DNA from: a virus
Taxonomy: Duplodnaviria; Caudoviricetes
Strand: one strand, 5' to 3'
DNA: 54,889 nucleotides
Virus record (IMG/VR): IMGVR_UViG_3300014656_006066
Location: 1 to 54,889 of that record
Program-made: the position numbers and the translations under genes
In this document: piece after piece, positions 53,663 to 54,889 of the stretch
Layout of the letters: each line of letters begins with the position of its first letter
Numbering within the stretch: position 1 is the stretch's first letter
The notes under the pieces: generated by a model
Seen by the model: only the letters and a program-made list of their open reading frames with translations
Told to the model about the DNA's origin: nothing
The model's database searches: none

Positions 53663-54889
53663 CTACCGCTCCTCAATCCTCCCGAGGATATCCCGGACTG
53701 CCAGCGCTGATTCGTGCCGTTCCTCGATGGTCAGGTGCGTATAATGATCGGTCATTTTCGCGGACTTATGGCGGGCGAGCTTCTGCGCGAGATCCTTGTC
53801 CGTCGCGGCGCGGATATGGGTAACGTACCAATGCCGCCAGGCGTGGAACGTGAGGCCGCGGGCGACGCGCTCCTCGTCCGAGATCCCGAGCGCGGTTTTG
53901 ATTGCGCTATTCGATAGCAGCTCCGCTTCCTTTTTCTGGATATGCGTGCCGTGCATCTTCCCCTCGAATAGCCAACCCTCTCGCCAGCGGCTCGACTCAT
54001 AAAACTTCTGCAACTCCTGCCCGAGCGAGAACGGTAGTACCGCCTCGCCGACGGCGCCTTTTTTTGCTTGTTCAACGATCGAGAACGTGTAGTATTCGAC
54101 CTTCCCGTCGGGGGTATCGAACGACTCGAGGGATAGGTATTCGGGACGAGTCGCGCACACCTCGGAGACGCGGAGCCCCGCGAACGCCGCGAGCTGTATG
54201 AGCAGGCGATCCCGTTGCGGCAAGGCTTCAAGCTGGAACACGCGGGCCGCCTCGGCGACCGACAGAATGTCGCGCTCGGTGTCTTCAACAGGGACGTATG
54301 AAACGAGCTTCGCAGGGCTTTTATCCGGCGCCCCGGCTTGATGCCAGAAATCATTCACCGGAACGAACACGGCTTTAATGGCCGAATTCATGGTCGAGTC
54401 CGCTATCCCTTTCGCCTCGAGGTAGGCCTTGTACTCGTTCAAGAGCTTCGGGGTTACTTGCCCGATGCCCATGCCGGCGCGCTTGTGCGCCTCGAGGAAT
54501 GGCTTGAAATGATTCTTAACATTCTTGCGATTGTTGTAGAGGTATTCGCTTGAAAGCCCCGTCTTCTTGCCGCGGCGATCCCGAGCGTAGCGCTTGGAAT
54601 ACTCGCTGCCCTCGAGCCAGAAGGATTCAAGGTAGGGAATAAGCGCCGCCCCAGCCGTAGGGGTATGATTCTCTCGCCAGAGGTCTACGATTGCCCTGGC
54701 GTCGCCCTTCTTGCAGGGGTCCAGGTCTCCCTTGCTAGGGTCTTCAACTTCAGCGAGTAAGCGCCCTACTGAGGAGCGATTTATATACTTCCCGGACGGC
54801 GGAACGGTGGAATCCCAGAACTCGACGTACCACATTCGGCCATTTTTTGCGCCGTCTGGACGCCGGAATAGGATGAACGGCTCTCTCAT
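53663..54889 (-). CDS. int: tyrosine integrase
   Basis: GLRVSE, FHAWRH, ARH, HY catalytic set. Confidence 0.93.
   Translation of the reverse strand: MREPFILFRRPDGAKNGRMWYVEFWDSTVPPSGKYINRSSVGRLLAEVEDPSKGDLDPCKKGDARAIVDLWRENHTPTAGAALIPYLESFWLEGSEYSKRYARDRRGKKTGLSSEYLYNNRKNVKNHFKPFLEAHKRAGMGIGQVTPKLLNEYKAYLEAKGIADSTMNSAIKAVFVPVNDFWHQAGAPDKSPAKLVSYVPVEDTERDILSVAEAARVFQLEALPQRDRLLIQLAAFAGLRVSEVCATRPEYLSLESFDTPDGKVEYYTFSIVEQAKKGAVGEAVLPFSLGQELQKFYESSRWREGWLFEGKMHGTHIQKKEAELLSNSAIKTALGISDEERVARGLTFHAWRHWYVTHIRAATDKDLAQKLARHKSAKMTDHYTHLTIEERHESALAVRDILGRIEER

Larger units (their letters stand above)
1..54889. mobile_element. Temperate phage/prophage: lambda-like head, Mu-like contractile tail, tyrosine integrase
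   Basis: Packaging, head, tail, lysis, replication, recombination, repressor and integrase modules all present; no host housekeeping genes. Confidence 0.95.

Noticed and set aside
1-54889. Host assignment (spirochaete-like impression from several proteins)
   Set aside because: Cannot be supported without database or CRISPR-spacer searches

Overview
The window looks like a complete or near-complete temperate phage (prophage or circular genome opened at the integrase start), GC-rich and ~55 kb. Layout: (i) a small early/accessory cassette with repeated promoters and leaders (0.5-3.6 kb); (ii) an AT-rich repeat region, probably the origin (3.6-4.0 kb); (iii) a + strand late region with a cos-like site, terS, an inserted ASCH / 25-aa peptide / PP-loop (PAPS-reductase-like) / ParB-Srx module, lambda-type terL, portal, an inserted lysis cassette, S49 protease/scaffold, gpD, gpE and a Mu-like contractile tail (4-30 kb); (iv) morons (30-33 kb); (v) a long - strand early operon with SF2 helicase, SLT, primase-helicase, YqaJ exonuclease, a beta-clamp-like protein, peptide deformylase and three tRNA-shaped RNAs with abnormal anticodon arms (33-49.7 kb); (vi) a switch of two divergent ribbon-helix-helix genes, a membrane-bound LuxR, WYL-TerB and a tyrosine integrase (49.5-54.9 kb). 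Most unusual signals read from the sequence: a GACGTTTATA promoter motif exactly 34 nt before five start codons (apparently leaderless late mRNAs); a sixth, inverted copy that would drive a ~65-nt terminated RNA whose loop is an anti-Shine-Dalgarno sequence; and tRNA scaffolds with 40- and 53-nt inserts in the anticodon loop. All family calls come from motif recognition by eye; no database search was run.
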